Below, in pieces: positions 37,675 to 50,704 of a stretch of 53,356 nucleotides of DNA. The stretch is from Nitrospirota bacterium (GTDB lineage Bacteria > Nitrospirota > Thermodesulfovibrionia > Thermodesulfovibrionales > SM23-35): the NCBI GenBank assembly GCA_013388605.1, contig JACAEY010000068.1:1-53356 (forward strand), given 5' to 3'. How positions within the stretch are numbered: the first letter of the stretch is position 1; each line of letters starts with the position of its first letter. The notes beneath the pieces were generated by a model. It made no database searches, was not told the DNA's origin, and saw only the letters and a program-made list of their open reading frames with translations. A program made the translations under genes and the position numbers.

Positions 37675-40600
37675 TCACCTCCCTTTACCTTTTGCAGGTA
37701 GTTTTTCTACATTGACCAGAAATGCCTTATATTCTGGGATTGCAGTATTAGCATCACCAATAGTGGGAGTGAGAAGATTAGCACTTTCCCCTTCATCCTT
37801 TGGTACAAGCCATCCATAATGAAACGTCATCCCTACCTCATGTATCGTCAGACCGGCAACTTTAAGGGGTTTCCAGCGCTTGGTAACCATGGCTACTGCT
37901 TCCACTTTTCCTCTCGGAGATGAAACTAAAACACGATCTCCGTTTTTGATTCCCCTGAGCTCAGCAAGCTCCTCGCTCAACTCAACATACATCTGGGGCT
38001 CTGTCTCCAAAAGCCAGGGCTGGTATCTGGTCATCAAACCCGTCTGCCAGTGTTCTGTAACCCTATATGTCGTTGCAACAAACGGGTATCTTGGATCACA
38101 AGTGGTGAATTTATAATCCTTGAAGAGAGCTGTTGTAGGGTTAATCCTCTGTGAAGAGAGTGGGTTCTTTTCAATCGGGCATTCCAGTGGTTCATAATGT
38201 TCAGGAAATGGCCCGTCAGCCATACCAGGACCAAAGATTGAGGCTACTCCATCAGGCTTCATTATAAAAGGTAATTTCCCTCCTTCAAGACCCATTGGAG
38301 GTGCGGGCCCATCCGGCACATCTCCAACCCATTTCTTCTCTGTTGCATCCCATTTTATAACTGCTCTCTTTGTATCTAAGGGATTCCCTTGTAAATCAAC
38401 AGAGGCACGGTTATAAATGATTCTGCGATTAACAGGCCAAGCCCAGGCCCACTTTGGAAATATGTTTGCCGTAGCAAGTGGGGTCTTATCCCTTCTTGCC
38501 ATCATGTTACCAGCCTCAGTGTAGCTACCAGAGTATATCCAGTTACCACTGGATGTACGGCCATCAGCAAGGAGAAACAGAAAAGATGGAACCAGTGTTC
38601 CTTTCTTGTAAGCTTTCTTATCAAATGGATGTTCTGGTATATCCTCAAGGAAGTAACCATTGATATCCTTTGCAACCAGATGAAAATCAACCTTTCCTGC
38701 TTTTTCATAGTCCCATTTAAGTTTTAGAATCGGATCAGGAAATGCACCCTTTTCCTTCTCATAAAGAGCTTTCACTTCCATATAAATTTCATGGATTATC
38801 TGGCCATCAGATTTTGATCCACCAATTGGGTCTATAGCCTTGTAACGCCACTGTGCTGTTCGAGCGCTATCTGATAAACTTCCTTCTTTTTCAACATAAC
38901 TACAGGATGGGAGCAGAAAGACTTCTGTTTTAACCTCCTTCGGCTCCATCCCTGGACCCTTCCAGAAGTTTGTTGTCTCACTCTCAAAGATATCAACTGC
39001 AACCATCCAATCCAGTTTTGAAAGTGCCTCCCTTGACCGATTTGCATTAGGGAGGCTACAAGCAGGGTTCATACCAAGGCAGATGAAACCAGAGAACTTC
39101 TCTTTAAGTATTTCATCGAACATAAATAGAAATGAGGCATTCTGGCCATCATCTAACTTTGGCAACCATTGATAACCGAATCCGTTTTCTTTTGTTGCAT
39201 TCTCGCCATACATGGACTTTAGAAAACTCACAATATACTTTGGTCTGTTTCCCCACCAGTTTACGCTCCGAGGTTCTGCTGTCTTGGGAGTATTCTTTTC
39301 ATTATAATTCTCGAGACTGACATCGGAGGACCTGGGGGATGGATTGTACCCTGGTAGAATATGAAAAAGTAGTGCATGATCTGATATACCTTGAACATTA
39401 GATTCACCTCTGAGGGCGTTCACGCCACCTCCGGCTAACCCCATGTTGCCGAGAAGCAATTGAACAATAGATGCTGCACGGATGTTCTGAGTGCCCACAG
39501 TATGCTGTGTCCAGCCCATTGCATAAAGAACCGTCCCAACCTTGTCAGGTTTGCATGTTGCAGCATAGGCTTCATAAACTTTAATCAGATCTTCCTTTGG
39601 CGTCCCTGTAATATTTGAAATAGTATCTAAGTCATAGCGTGAATAAAATTTTTTCATGAGCTGATAAACACACCGCTCGTTCTGAAGAGATGGATCTTTC
39701 TTAGGAATTCCTTTCTCGTCCTTTTCAAAAGCCCAAAAAGATTTATCGTATGACCTCTTTTCTGGATTATATCCTGAGAAAAGTCCATCTTTAAAATCAT
39801 ATTTTGGATTAACAATAAAGGAAGCATTGGTATTATTAATAACATAGTCTTTCTGAATAAGGTCTTTCTCAAGGATATAATTGATCATACCACCAAGAAA
39901 TGCGATATCCGTCCCTGAGCGAAGAGGCGCATAAATATCTGCTTTGGCTGATGTCCGAGTAAACCTCGGATCAACATGTATTATTTTCCCTCCCATGTCT
40001 TTTGCCCTGAGAATCCATTTCATTGCTACGGGATGGTTTTCTGCAGGATTGCTCCCACAGATTAAAACACAGTCGCTGACACCTATATCTGTCCAGCTAT
40101 TGGTCATTGCCCCGCGACCAAACGACTCTGCCAGAGCCGCTACAGTGGGGCTGTGTCAGAGACGCGCCTCGAATTCTATATAGACTATGCCAAGAGAACG
40201 AAGAAATTTCTGATAAAGCCAGCCTTCTTCATTATTAATATGGGCACTACCTATTGCGGCTATGCCGTTACAACGATTAACCACCTCTCCTTTAGCATTT
40301 TTCTCAACAAAGCTCTTATCTCTGCTCTTTTTAATCCTCTTCGCAATTTCCTTCAGTGCCCACTCCCAGGACTTTTTCTCCCATTTAGAACTATATGGTG
40401 CACGATACATGACATTCTTAAGCCGCTTTGTATTGGTAACCAATCCATAAGTAGATGCACCTTTGGCACAAAGAGAGCCCTCGCTTGTTGGATGATCAGG
40501 ATCGCCTTCGATATTGATAACCTTTCCTCCGCTTGTATGAACAATCTGTCCGCAACCTACTGAACAGTAACAACAAATGGATGTCGTCTCCTTTGCATCT

Positions 40601-40731
40601 TTGATCCTGAGCTCAGCAGCATAAGACTGAACAGGGGTTAGGTCAAGTCCAAGCTGGCTTAAGGCTACCCCTGCTACAGTAGCCCCGGAAATCTTAATAA
40701 AATCCCTTCTTGTAATCTTCATAAGCTTCAA
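37675..40731 (-). CDS. fdhA: formate dehydrogenase catalytic (alpha) subunit, selenocysteine-containing (UGA at 40156-40158), Tat-exported
   Basis: Track ORFs 40156..40731 and 37675..40107 are one gene in a single frame. The junction reads IEFEARL-U-HSPTVAALAESFGRGAMTNSW, the conserved Sec site of FdnG/FdhA. Tat signal is ITRRDFIK. The N-terminal 4Fe-4S motif is CCYCSVGCG. Total length is 1018 codons. Confidence 0.92.
40123..40139 (-). promoter_or_regulatory. SECIS-like hairpin downstream of the fdhA UGA
   Basis: The mRNA sequence cggcucu-ggc-agagucg forms a 7-bp stem including one G-U pair, with a GGC loop. It begins 16 nt after the UGA. Confidence 0.45.
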
Positions 40732-41014
40732 CCCCCTTTCTTAAAGAGTAAAGATTAAAAACATACCTCCTTTCTTTTTGATTTTGATTAAAAATAGTTT
40801 AAGATTAGTAAATATTGACAGGTCATATTGATGGTCTAAATTAAAATACATAGACCTCTTTTGAGAATTTATACTATACCTGAATATTAATGTCAAGTTT
40901 AAAATTTCATTTATTGTTTATAAACATTCTTTACTCAATAGGTTTATAATATAATTGCTTCACATTATAATTTTTTGTGATTCAAAAAAATAAATTACAT
41001 TAGTGGGGGATAAC

Positions 41015-41665
41015 ATGAAATTTTTTATTGATACTGCGAACATTGAAGAAATAAAAAATGCATGGTCTCTTGGTGTTATAGATGGTGTAACAACAAATCC
41101 ATCTCTTATATCAAAAGAAGGAAGAGAGGCTGTATCATTACTAAAAGAAATTTGCAGTATCGTTAATGGTCCTGTGAGCGCTGAAGCAGTGAGCATGAAT
41201 TATGATGAGATAGTAAAGGAGGCTGAGTTTTTATCTAAGATTCATGAAAATATCGTTGTAAAAATTCCTATGACAGAGGATGGATTGAAGGCGGTTAAAA
41301 GGCTTTCATCGGTTGGTATCAAGACAAATGTAACCCTTATCTTCTCTCCGACTCAGGCATTGCTTGCTGCAAAGTCCGGTGCTACATATGTGAGCCCCTT
41401 TGTCGGAAGACTTGATGACATCAGTCATTATGGAATGGTTATAGTCAATGATATTGTCGATATATTTGAAAACTATATGTTTAAAACAGAGATAATTGTA
41501 GCAAGTATAAGAAATCCCCTCCATGTGCTGGAGGCTGCAAAGATGGGTGCACATGTTGCAACTATCCCTTATTCTGTTATAATACAAATAATTAAACATC
41601 CTCTCACTGATATAGGCATCGAGAGGTTTTTAAAAGATTGGGAAAAAGTTCCTAAGAAACATTGA
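41015..41665 (+). CDS. tal: short-type transaldolase / fructose-6-phosphate aldolase
   Basis: [13 protein letters not shown]...GVTTNPSL...VKIP motifs. GGGGGA precedes the ATG at 41015. The track ORF starts at a GTG at 41003. Confidence 0.9.
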   Translation: MKFFIDTANIEEIKNAWSLGVIDGVTTNPSLISKEGREAVSLLKEICSIVNGPVSAEAVSMNYDEIVKEAEFLSKIHENIVVKIPMTEDGLKAVKRLSSVGIKTNVTLIFSPTQALLAAKSGATYVSPFVGRLDDISHYGMVIVNDIVDIFENYMFKTEIIVASIRNPLHVLEAAKMGAHVATIPYSVIIQIIKHPLTDIGIERFLKDWEKVPKKH

Positions 41666-41723
41666 TGAACAGAGATATCGGTGTTCATTTATAAAAGTAT
41701 GCAAACATTTGAGAGAATAGAAA

Positions 41724-41933
41724 ATGCCAATATACGAATATAAATGCAGCAACTGTAGTGAAGATTTCGAGAAGCTCATCTTCGGAAATCAGAAAGTTAG
41801 ATGTCCAAAATGTAATTCTGAGGATATAAAAAAGAAATTTTCTGTCTTTTCAGCCTCAGGCACTGAGAAACCGCTTGCTGGTACTTCTGGCTGTACATCC
41901 TGCACCAAGAGTACCTGTAGTTCTTGTAACTAA
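41724..41933 (+). CDS. FmdB-family zinc-ribbon protein
   Basis: 69 aa with MPIYEYKCSNC...CPKC and a Cys-rich tail. Confidence 0.8.
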   Translation: MPIYEYKCSNCSEDFEKLIFGNQKVRCPKCNSEDIKKKFSVFSASGTEKPLAGTSGCTSCTKSTCSSCN

Positions 41934-41939
41934 AGTACT

Positions 41940-42359
41940 TCATTCAGGCTGTTTAAAGGGGTTCTCCCTCATTACACGGCTGAGCCTTAAGGGCTTGCCT
42001 TCCATCACAAAGATAGTCAATCCTCTGTCTTCTATTTTTTTGCCCTTCACACTCCATATACCACTCCACGTAAGATTCAGATATACAGTTGAATCCTCTA
42101 TCTCAACTTTTCTTGGGGAAAAAGTCAACTCTGCATTGTCAAAACTCTTCATTACTTCAATAATCTCTCTATATCCATCCTTTGTAGAGTTTCTCTGAAT
42201 AGTTATACGATCATTTTTAATATAGGCATTTTTTATAACCTCAGCGAGTTTAAATGCCTCCTGAGCAATTCTTGCCTCTTCAGAAACAGGTTTAATTTCC
42301 TTCTTTCCACAAGAAGAAAGGATTAATAATATAATTAAACTGCATAATATATTTCGCAT
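41940..42359 (-). CDS. putative lipoprotein, unknown function
   Basis: Starting at the internal Met gives MRNILCSLIILLILSSCGKKE, a signal peptide with lipobox LSSC. That start avoids overlap with the gyrB 3' end. The track ORF extends to 42467. Confidence 0.5.
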   Translation of the reverse strand: MRNILCSLIILLILSSCGKKEIKPVSEEARIAQEAFKLAEVIKNAYIKNDRITIQRNSTKDGYREIIEVMKSFDNAELTFSPRKVEIEDSTVYLNLTWSGIWSVKGKKIEDRGLTIFVMEGKPLRLSRVMRENPFKQPE

Positions 42360-42372
42360 AATGCTAACCGAC

Positions 42373-44769
<2,397 letters not shown>

Positions 44770-46020
44770 TTATATTCTCATTGGCATTATTACGCATTTA
44801 TAATTCTCATCTTCCTCTCTGCCTGAGGCGGGGCAAAGGAGAGTAGAACTTAGCGGATCCTGTATCTCGAGCATAACATTCTCTGAGTTGATAGCGCTAA
44901 GGGCTTCTATGAGATATCTCGCATTGAACCCTATACTCAAGTCCACTCCACCTGAGGAAGATGATGTGGACAAGATTGCGAGCTCTTCTTTTGCCTCACC
45001 AATATCTGGATTGGATGATAAAATCGTAAGAATATTATCCCCGAAATCAATCCTGACAGCATTTGCCCTTTCCCTTGACATAACAGATACCCTGCGTAAA
45101 GCCTTTATAAAGGCTTCTCTATTCAATGATATCTTTATTTCATTTGATAGAGGTATTACCTGCTCGTAATTAGGATATGTCCCCTCTATAAGCCTTGTGA
45201 GAAACTTTATTCCTGATACATTAAGAAGAATATAGTTTTTGCCTATATAAATTTTTACCTCTTCCTCTTCCTCCCTATTCAGTCCGCCTGAGGAGGATAA
45301 AAATCTCCTTATTTCAGAAAGTGCCTTTTTAGGAACAATCATCTTCCTTTCTGTATACTGTGGAATGGTTTCTGCCTTCGCACTCCGCACAAAACATAAC
45401 GCTTTTATGAGTGCGAGTCTATGTCCATCTGTTCCAACAACAGTAAGTATGTGCTGCATTCTATGTTCTGCGTCATGCTTACTGCCGTTCTTTTCTGCCA
45501 GTCCGCTTAAGGCAGTCACATGAAAAAGTAGACCATTTAGGGTATATCTGGTATCACTTTCTCCAGCAGAATAAATCGTCTTTTCAATCATTTCATGTAA
45601 TTGTGAAGATGCTATATCTATCTCTTCTATCTCCTCTCCTTCTATGCCTGAGGTGGGTGATAACTCTGGCCATACTGGAAATTCATTTGGGGGCAGGCAT
45701 GCTAACCTAAAATTACTATTCCCTGCTATGACTTTTATCCACTGCTCATCAATACTTTCAAAAAATAAATCTCCTTCAATTTCTCTAACGATCTCAAACA
45801 ACTTCCTTGCAGGAATACATATCTTTCCTTCTTCTTTAAGTTCTATATCTATAGGTTCCTTTAAAGCTGTCTCAAGATCTGTTGCAATTATATAAGAATC
45901 TTTTTTTTCAGCGGATAGAAGAAAGTGGCTTAATATAGGCATTGTGTTTTTTTTCTCAACAATGTTCTGTATGTTAGATAGCTTTTCCTGCATTTCTTGT
46001 TTTGTAACACTGAATTTCAT
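44770..46020 (-). CDS. dnaN: DNA polymerase III beta sliding clamp
   Basis: 416 aa, positioned between dnaA and gyrB. The N-terminus MKFSVTKQEM...PILSHFLL and the C-terminus CVIMPMRI are typical. Confidence 0.92.
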   Translation of the reverse strand: MKFSVTKQEMQEKLSNIQNIVEKKNTMPILSHFLLSAEKKDSYIIATDLETALKEPIDIELKEEGKICIPARKLFEIVREIEGDLFFESIDEQWIKVIAGNSNFRLACLPPNEFPVWPELSPTSGIEGEEIEEIDIASSQLHEMIEKTIYSAGESDTRYTLNGLLFHVTALSGLAEKNGSKHDAEHRMQHILTVVGTDGHRLALIKALCFVRSAKAETIPQYTERKMIVPKKALSEIRRFLSSSGGLNREEEEEVKIYIGKNYILLNVSGIKFLTRLIEGTYPNYEQVIPLSNEIKISLNREAFIKALRRVSVMSRERANAVRIDFGDNILTILSSNPDIGEAKEELAILSTSSSSGGVDLSIGFNARYLIEALSAINSENVMLEIQDPLSSTLLCPASGREEDENYKCVIMPMRI

Positions 46021-46180
46021 ATCTCCTCCTCATTAAAGCCTATTAAAAACATTAATTTATAACCTTATACATTGCTTTTTTAGGTAATGAACATAAACCT
46101 CAGGTGGATCAAAATCACATAATATGCTTTTAAATGAGTTAATATTTAAGTTCCATTATATTTTTTAATGTATTAAATTT

Positions 46181-47515
46181 TTATGGTTTTGCCTTACGCA
46201 TAAGGTTATCTATCAATCTATTAAATGTCTCATCTTTTGACCGTTTTTCTTCTACCTGCTTACATGCATAAATAACAGTTGCATGGTCTTTGCCACCAAA
46301 TGCTTTTCCTATATCACTTAATGACATTTCTGTAAGTTTCTTAGTGATATACATAGCTATCTGTCTCGGAAGTGCTACTTCTTTTGTTCGTTTCTTCGCT
46401 TTTATATCGGCTACTTTAAGTCCGAAGTAGTCACAGACAATCTTCTGAATAGTTTCCCATGTTATAGGCTTTTCATCCTCCTCAATAATATCTTTAAGTA
46501 TACTTTTAGCCATATCGCTGTCAATAGGTCTACCAGTTAGTGAAGCCTGAGCCCCAAGACGTATAAGGCAACCTTCCAATTCCCTTATATTAGACCTTAT
46601 TTTGGATGCGAGATAATATGCAACCTCATCTGGTAAATTTATTCTTTCACTTTCAGCTTTTTTAAGTAATATTGCTATCTTTGTTTCTATCTCTGGGGGT
46701 TGTATATCTGCAATTAACCCCATGCTAAATCTTGACCGTAGTCTGTCAGTAACTGCTGTTATCTCTTTTGGTGGTCTATCACTCGAAACAACTATCTGTC
46801 TTTGTCTTTCATATAAGGTATTAAATGTATGAAAGAATTCTTCTTGAGTTGCTGTTTTGTTTGCTATAAATTGGATATCATCGAGAAGAAGGACATCAAG
46901 GTTTCTGTATCTTTCTTTAAATTCTCCCATCTTGTCATGTCTTAAAGCTGATACAACTTCATTAGTAAATTGTTCAGATGAAACATATAGAACAGATAAG
47001 TTTGGGTTTTTATCAATAACTGCATTTCCTACAGCGCTTATTAAATGGGTCTTTCCAAGACCGACACCACCATATATAAATAAAGGATTATATATTTTTC
47101 CTATAGTTTCTGAAACAGATTTTGCTGCAGCCTGTGCAAACTGGTTGCTTGGACCAACAACAAAGTTTTCAAATGTATATTTAGGATTAATATAAATGCC
47201 TTTATGCGCAAGTAGTTTTCTTCTACTCTCTATCTCCATATTTATTCTTTCAGATTCAAAATCTATCTTTTCCTCAGTTATCTTATAATTTACATTTATA
47301 TGGGTTCCTAAAACACTTCCTATTGACTCAGAAATCAGATCGGGATAATTGTCTTCTATCCAGTCTTTAAAGAATCTATTTGGAATGTCTATTATTGCCT
47401 CCTGACCTTTTATTTGTAAAATTCTTATAGGTATGAACCATAGCTCTGTTACACTTTTTCCGACCTTATTCTCTATTTTTTTGAGGCTACTTTGCCACAA
47501 TTCTTCTAAATACAT
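46181..47515 (-). CDS. dnaA: chromosomal replication initiator DnaA
   Basis: 444 aa with Walker A GGVGLGKTHL, box VII, and the C-terminal DNA-binding signature (GGKDHATVIYA). Confidence 0.97.
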   Translation of the reverse strand: MYLEELWQSSLKKIENKVGKSVTELWFIPIRILQIKGQEAIIDIPNRFFKDWIEDNYPDLISESIGSVLGTHINVNYKITEEKIDFESERINMEIESRRKLLAHKGIYINPKYTFENFVVGPSNQFAQAAAKSVSETIGKIYNPLFIYGGVGLGKTHLISAVGNAVIDKNPNLSVLYVSSEQFTNEVVSALRHDKMGEFKERYRNLDVLLLDDIQFIANKTATQEEFFHTFNTLYERQRQIVVSSDRPPKEITAVTDRLRSRFSMGLIADIQPPEIETKIAILLKKAESERINLPDEVAYYLASKIRSNIRELEGCLIRLGAQASLTGRPIDSDMAKSILKDIIEEDEKPITWETIQKIVCDYFGLKVADIKAKKRTKEVALPRQIAMYITKKLTEMSLSDIGKAFGGKDHATVIYACKQVEEKRSKDETFNRLIDNLMRKAKP

Positions 47516-47789
47516 TTTAATTTACTAACATTTTATTAACAATTGTTGATAACTTATTATTGGAAGGTTTGTAATTATAATCAATGTCAGTATTAATACC
47601 AAGAAAATGTTATTTTCGTATTCATTATATTGTTACAAATTAAACCAACATAAAAATGTCAAAAATGATTAACATATTTAAACATCTTTCAAACACATTT
47701 AAATTACTCTAACTATAACAAAAAACTACTTTTTAACAAATAAACATCAATCTTATACTACTACTAAACTTTTTTTTATTTTTTAAGAG
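47516..47789. other. candidate replication origin region (AT-rich dnaA upstream spacer)
   Basis: A 274-bp non-coding, very AT-rich spacer directly upstream of dnaA. I found only one near-consensus DnaA box by eye (tgttgataa at 47544..47552, one mismatch to TGTGGATAA). Confidence 0.35.
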
Positions 47790-48906
47790 TTATAGAATCC
47801 TCTTTCTTACATTCCTTTTAAGATACGCCTTTATAAATCTATCTATATCTCCATCAAGAACTGCATCTACATTGCCTGTTTCTATACCTGTTCTATGATC
47901 TTTTACAACCCTATATGGATGTAATATATATGACCTTATCTGGCTACCCCAAGCAATGTCTTTTTTATCGCCAATTATATTCTCCATCTTCTTTTCTTGT
48001 TCCTTCACCCTTATGTCATATAAGCGAGACCTTAATACCTTCATAGCAATAGCCTTATTTTTATGCTGAGATCGTTCATTTTGGCAACTAACAACGATAC
48101 CTGTGGGAATATGAGTTAGCCTAACCGCAGAAGATGTTTTATTCACATGTTGACCTCCTGCACCTGAAGCCCTGAATGTTTCTATCTTTATATCATTATC
48201 TTTTATCTCTATATTAATATCTTCTTCTACCTCTGGGTATACAAGAATAGCGACAAAAGATGTATGTCTCCTTTTACCTGCATCAAAAGGGGATATTCTT
48301 ACAAGCCTGTGAACACCTGCTTCTGCTTTTAGGTAACCATATGCAAAAGGACCCGCAAATGTTATGGTAGCACTCTTTATACCTGCCTCATCTCCGGGCT
48401 GAAGTTCAACAACCTGAGTATTGAATTTATGTCTTTCAGCCCATCGCAAGTACATTCTCATAAGCATTTGTGCCCAGTCCTGACTTTCGATTCCACCGGC
48501 TCCGGGATGGATTGTTAGAATAGCATTATTCTTATCAAGCTCTTCTGATAGGAGGTTTTGAATCTCCAATAAATCTATCTCTGATCTTAAATCATTAAAT
48601 TCCTTTTGAAAATCTGCCAAAAATAGGGAACCGCTTTCTTCTTCAAGTATCCCTATAGATTCCTCAAGATAAGATATTTTGTTACACAGTGATTCATATT
48701 TAAAAACTATATCCTCAAGACGCGATTTTTTCTTAAGAAGTTCCTTCGTCTTTTCAGGAGATGACCATACCTTCTCACTAATAAGCTCTTTTTCTATTTT
48801 TTCAATCTCCCCTTTTAAGTTATGGACATCAAAGATAACCTCTTATAGACTCAACCTTACTTTTTAGAAAAGAGAGTTCCTTCTTGATTTCTTCTTGTAT
48901 AAGCAT
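47790..48906 (-). CDS. prfB: peptide chain release factor 2, requires programmed +1 frameshift
   Basis: Frame 0 runs from the ATG at 48906: [25 protein letters not shown], then TGA at 48831..48829. The +1 frame continues [16 protein letters not shown]... into the 276-aa track ORF. SPF (RISPFD) and GGQ ([10 protein letters not shown]) motifs are present. Confidence 0.93.
48829..48843 (-). promoter_or_regulatory. prfB +1 frameshift site
   Basis: The mRNA reads AGA GGU UAU CUU UGA U. This has a CUU-UGA slippery/stop context with an upstream SD-like AGAGGU, matching the classical RF2 autoregulatory site. Confidence 0.85.
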
Positions 48907-48921
48907 ATTTCCTACTTCTCC

Positions 48922-50475
48922 TTAATATATCTTTCTTATCTTACCAAATGTATCGGCCAAAAAGATGATTGAAATAACGATACATATGTATGAAAAGATG
49001 TCTCCATATTTAGAATAAAAAGTAATTTTTTGATCTGTCATTAAATCCATTGTGATGACAGCATATTCAAAAAGACCAGTTTTTGATAATATCCTGCCAT
49101 TACTATCTACGAAACCCGATATTCCTGTATTTGCTGCTCTTAATAAGGGCTTCCTATTTTCTACTGAACGGAAGACGGACATCGTAAAATGCTGGTATGG
49201 TCCAGATGTCCTTCCAAACCAAGCATCATTAGTTATATTTACCATAAAGTCGCCACCTTTTATAAAAAATTTTCTAACAAGCCCCGGGAATATCATCTCA
49301 TAACATATAAGAGTTGCAAATTCCTTTGAATTAATTTTTGCTTTCAAGTGCTGATTTCCTTGAATATAGTCCCCAATACCGAAAACAAGTTTATCTATAA
49401 AAAAAAGCAGTTTTCTAAGAGGAATATACTCTCCAAAAGGAACTAAATGTATTTTATCATAAGTATATGATACTATTCCATTTCTATCAATAAGTAAAGC
49501 ACTATTAGATAGATAAAACCTCCCCTTTTCTTTTGCTTTTATAAGGATACTGCCAAACAGTAGAGGTGTATTAATCTGACTTTGAAAGTCAAAAAGCTGT
49601 TCTGTATAATCTTTGTCACTTCCGAAGTAAAAAGGGACCGATGTCTCTGGCCATATAATTATGGAAGGAGATGACTGAAAGGCCTTAAGAGTCAGGTTTT
49701 TATATGTATTAAAGACCTCCCGTTGATAAGAAGGCTCCCATTTTTTGTCTTGCTCGATATTTCCTTGAATTATACTTGCTCTTATTGGTTCACCCTCTCT
49801 CTTTTCTTTTAGCCTCCACTGCCCGTAAATCAATGAGGAAATAATGAGTACAAAAAGTATCACCAACCCTATTATCGTCTTTGAAAGGGGCAAAAGGGGC
49901 ATATCTCTGAGACGCTTTCTTACTATGATAACTTCTGTAATTGCATTATTAAATGCAACAACAAGAAAAGAAACACCATAGATGCCTGTAATATCTGAAA
50001 TTTGAATTATGTGTAGAAACTTATATTGTGTATAACCAATGATTGACCATGGAAAGCCGGTGAATAAATATGAGCGTAAAAACTCAAGAGCTATCCATAA
50101 AAAAGGTGCAAAGAAGAGGTTTTGGAAATTTGAATTTCTATTATGCAGTGCAAATAAAGACGCAAATAACCCTGTGTAAAGACTGAGATATAGGCATAGT
50201 AAAAAGACTATGGCGATACTGATAATAAAAGGTAAACCCCCGTAATGGTTAATTGAATGATAGATCCAGTATTGTGTTCCAAAAAAATAGGGGAGGCCCA
50301 AAAAGATACCTATAAAAAAGGCTTCTTTCGGGCGTTTGTTATAAAGAGATAGTAGAAAAGGAACTAACGCAACCCATGCAATATAATAAAAATCTATTCT
50401 CGGATAGCAAAGAACAAGAAGAATCCCGGACAGAAATGCGGGAGAATATATTTTTAATTTATTCGTAAAATTCAT
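48922..50475 (-). CDS. lnt: apolipoprotein N-acyltransferase
   Basis: 517 aa with a polytopic N-terminal half and a CN-hydrolase C-terminal half (IIWPE, LICYE). Confidence 0.88.
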   Translation of the reverse strand: MNFTNKLKIYSPAFLSGILLVLCYPRIDFYYIAWVALVPFLLSLYNKRPKEAFFIGIFLGLPYFFGTQYWIYHSINHYGGLPFIISIAIVFLLCLYLSLYTGLFASLFALHNRNSNFQNLFFAPFLWIALEFLRSYLFTGFPWSIIGYTQYKFLHIIQISDITGIYGVSFLVVAFNNAITEVIIVRKRLRDMPLLPLSKTIIGLVILFVLIISSLIYGQWRLKEKREGEPIRASIIQGNIEQDKKWEPSYQREVFNTYKNLTLKAFQSSPSIIIWPETSVPFYFGSDKDYTEQLFDFQSQINTPLLFGSILIKAKEKGRFYLSNSALLIDRNGIVSYTYDKIHLVPFGEYIPLRKLLFFIDKLVFGIGDYIQGNQHLKAKINSKEFATLICYEMIFPGLVRKFFIKGGDFMVNITNDAWFGRTSGPYQHFTMSVFRSVENRKPLLRAANTGISGFVDSNGRILSKTGLFEYAVITMDLMTDQKITFYSKYGDIFSYICIVISIIFLADTFGKIRKIY

Positions 50476-50704
50476 ATCTGCTACATTTTGTAAATTTTAG
50501 TATAAAAATATACTGGTCAGTATTTTACCCATTAGTATATAAACTCAGCAAATCTGAGGAGTAGGTTAGGGGTAATTTGAGACAAACGATGCGTAAAAAG
50601 CTTAGGACAATCCAAAATTATTAAATTCATGATATTTTATATTTATTGAAAATCATAGAAAAGTAAAATAAAATAATCTTATAAACTTCCTTTTAAAAAC
50701 AAAA

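Noticed and set aside
50497-50525. Palindrome atactg-gt-cagtat upstream of lnt and the histidine kinase, considered as a regulator operator.
   Set aside because: It is a single 6-bp-arm dyad in AT-rich DNA, which is expected by chance. No regulator is adjacent.
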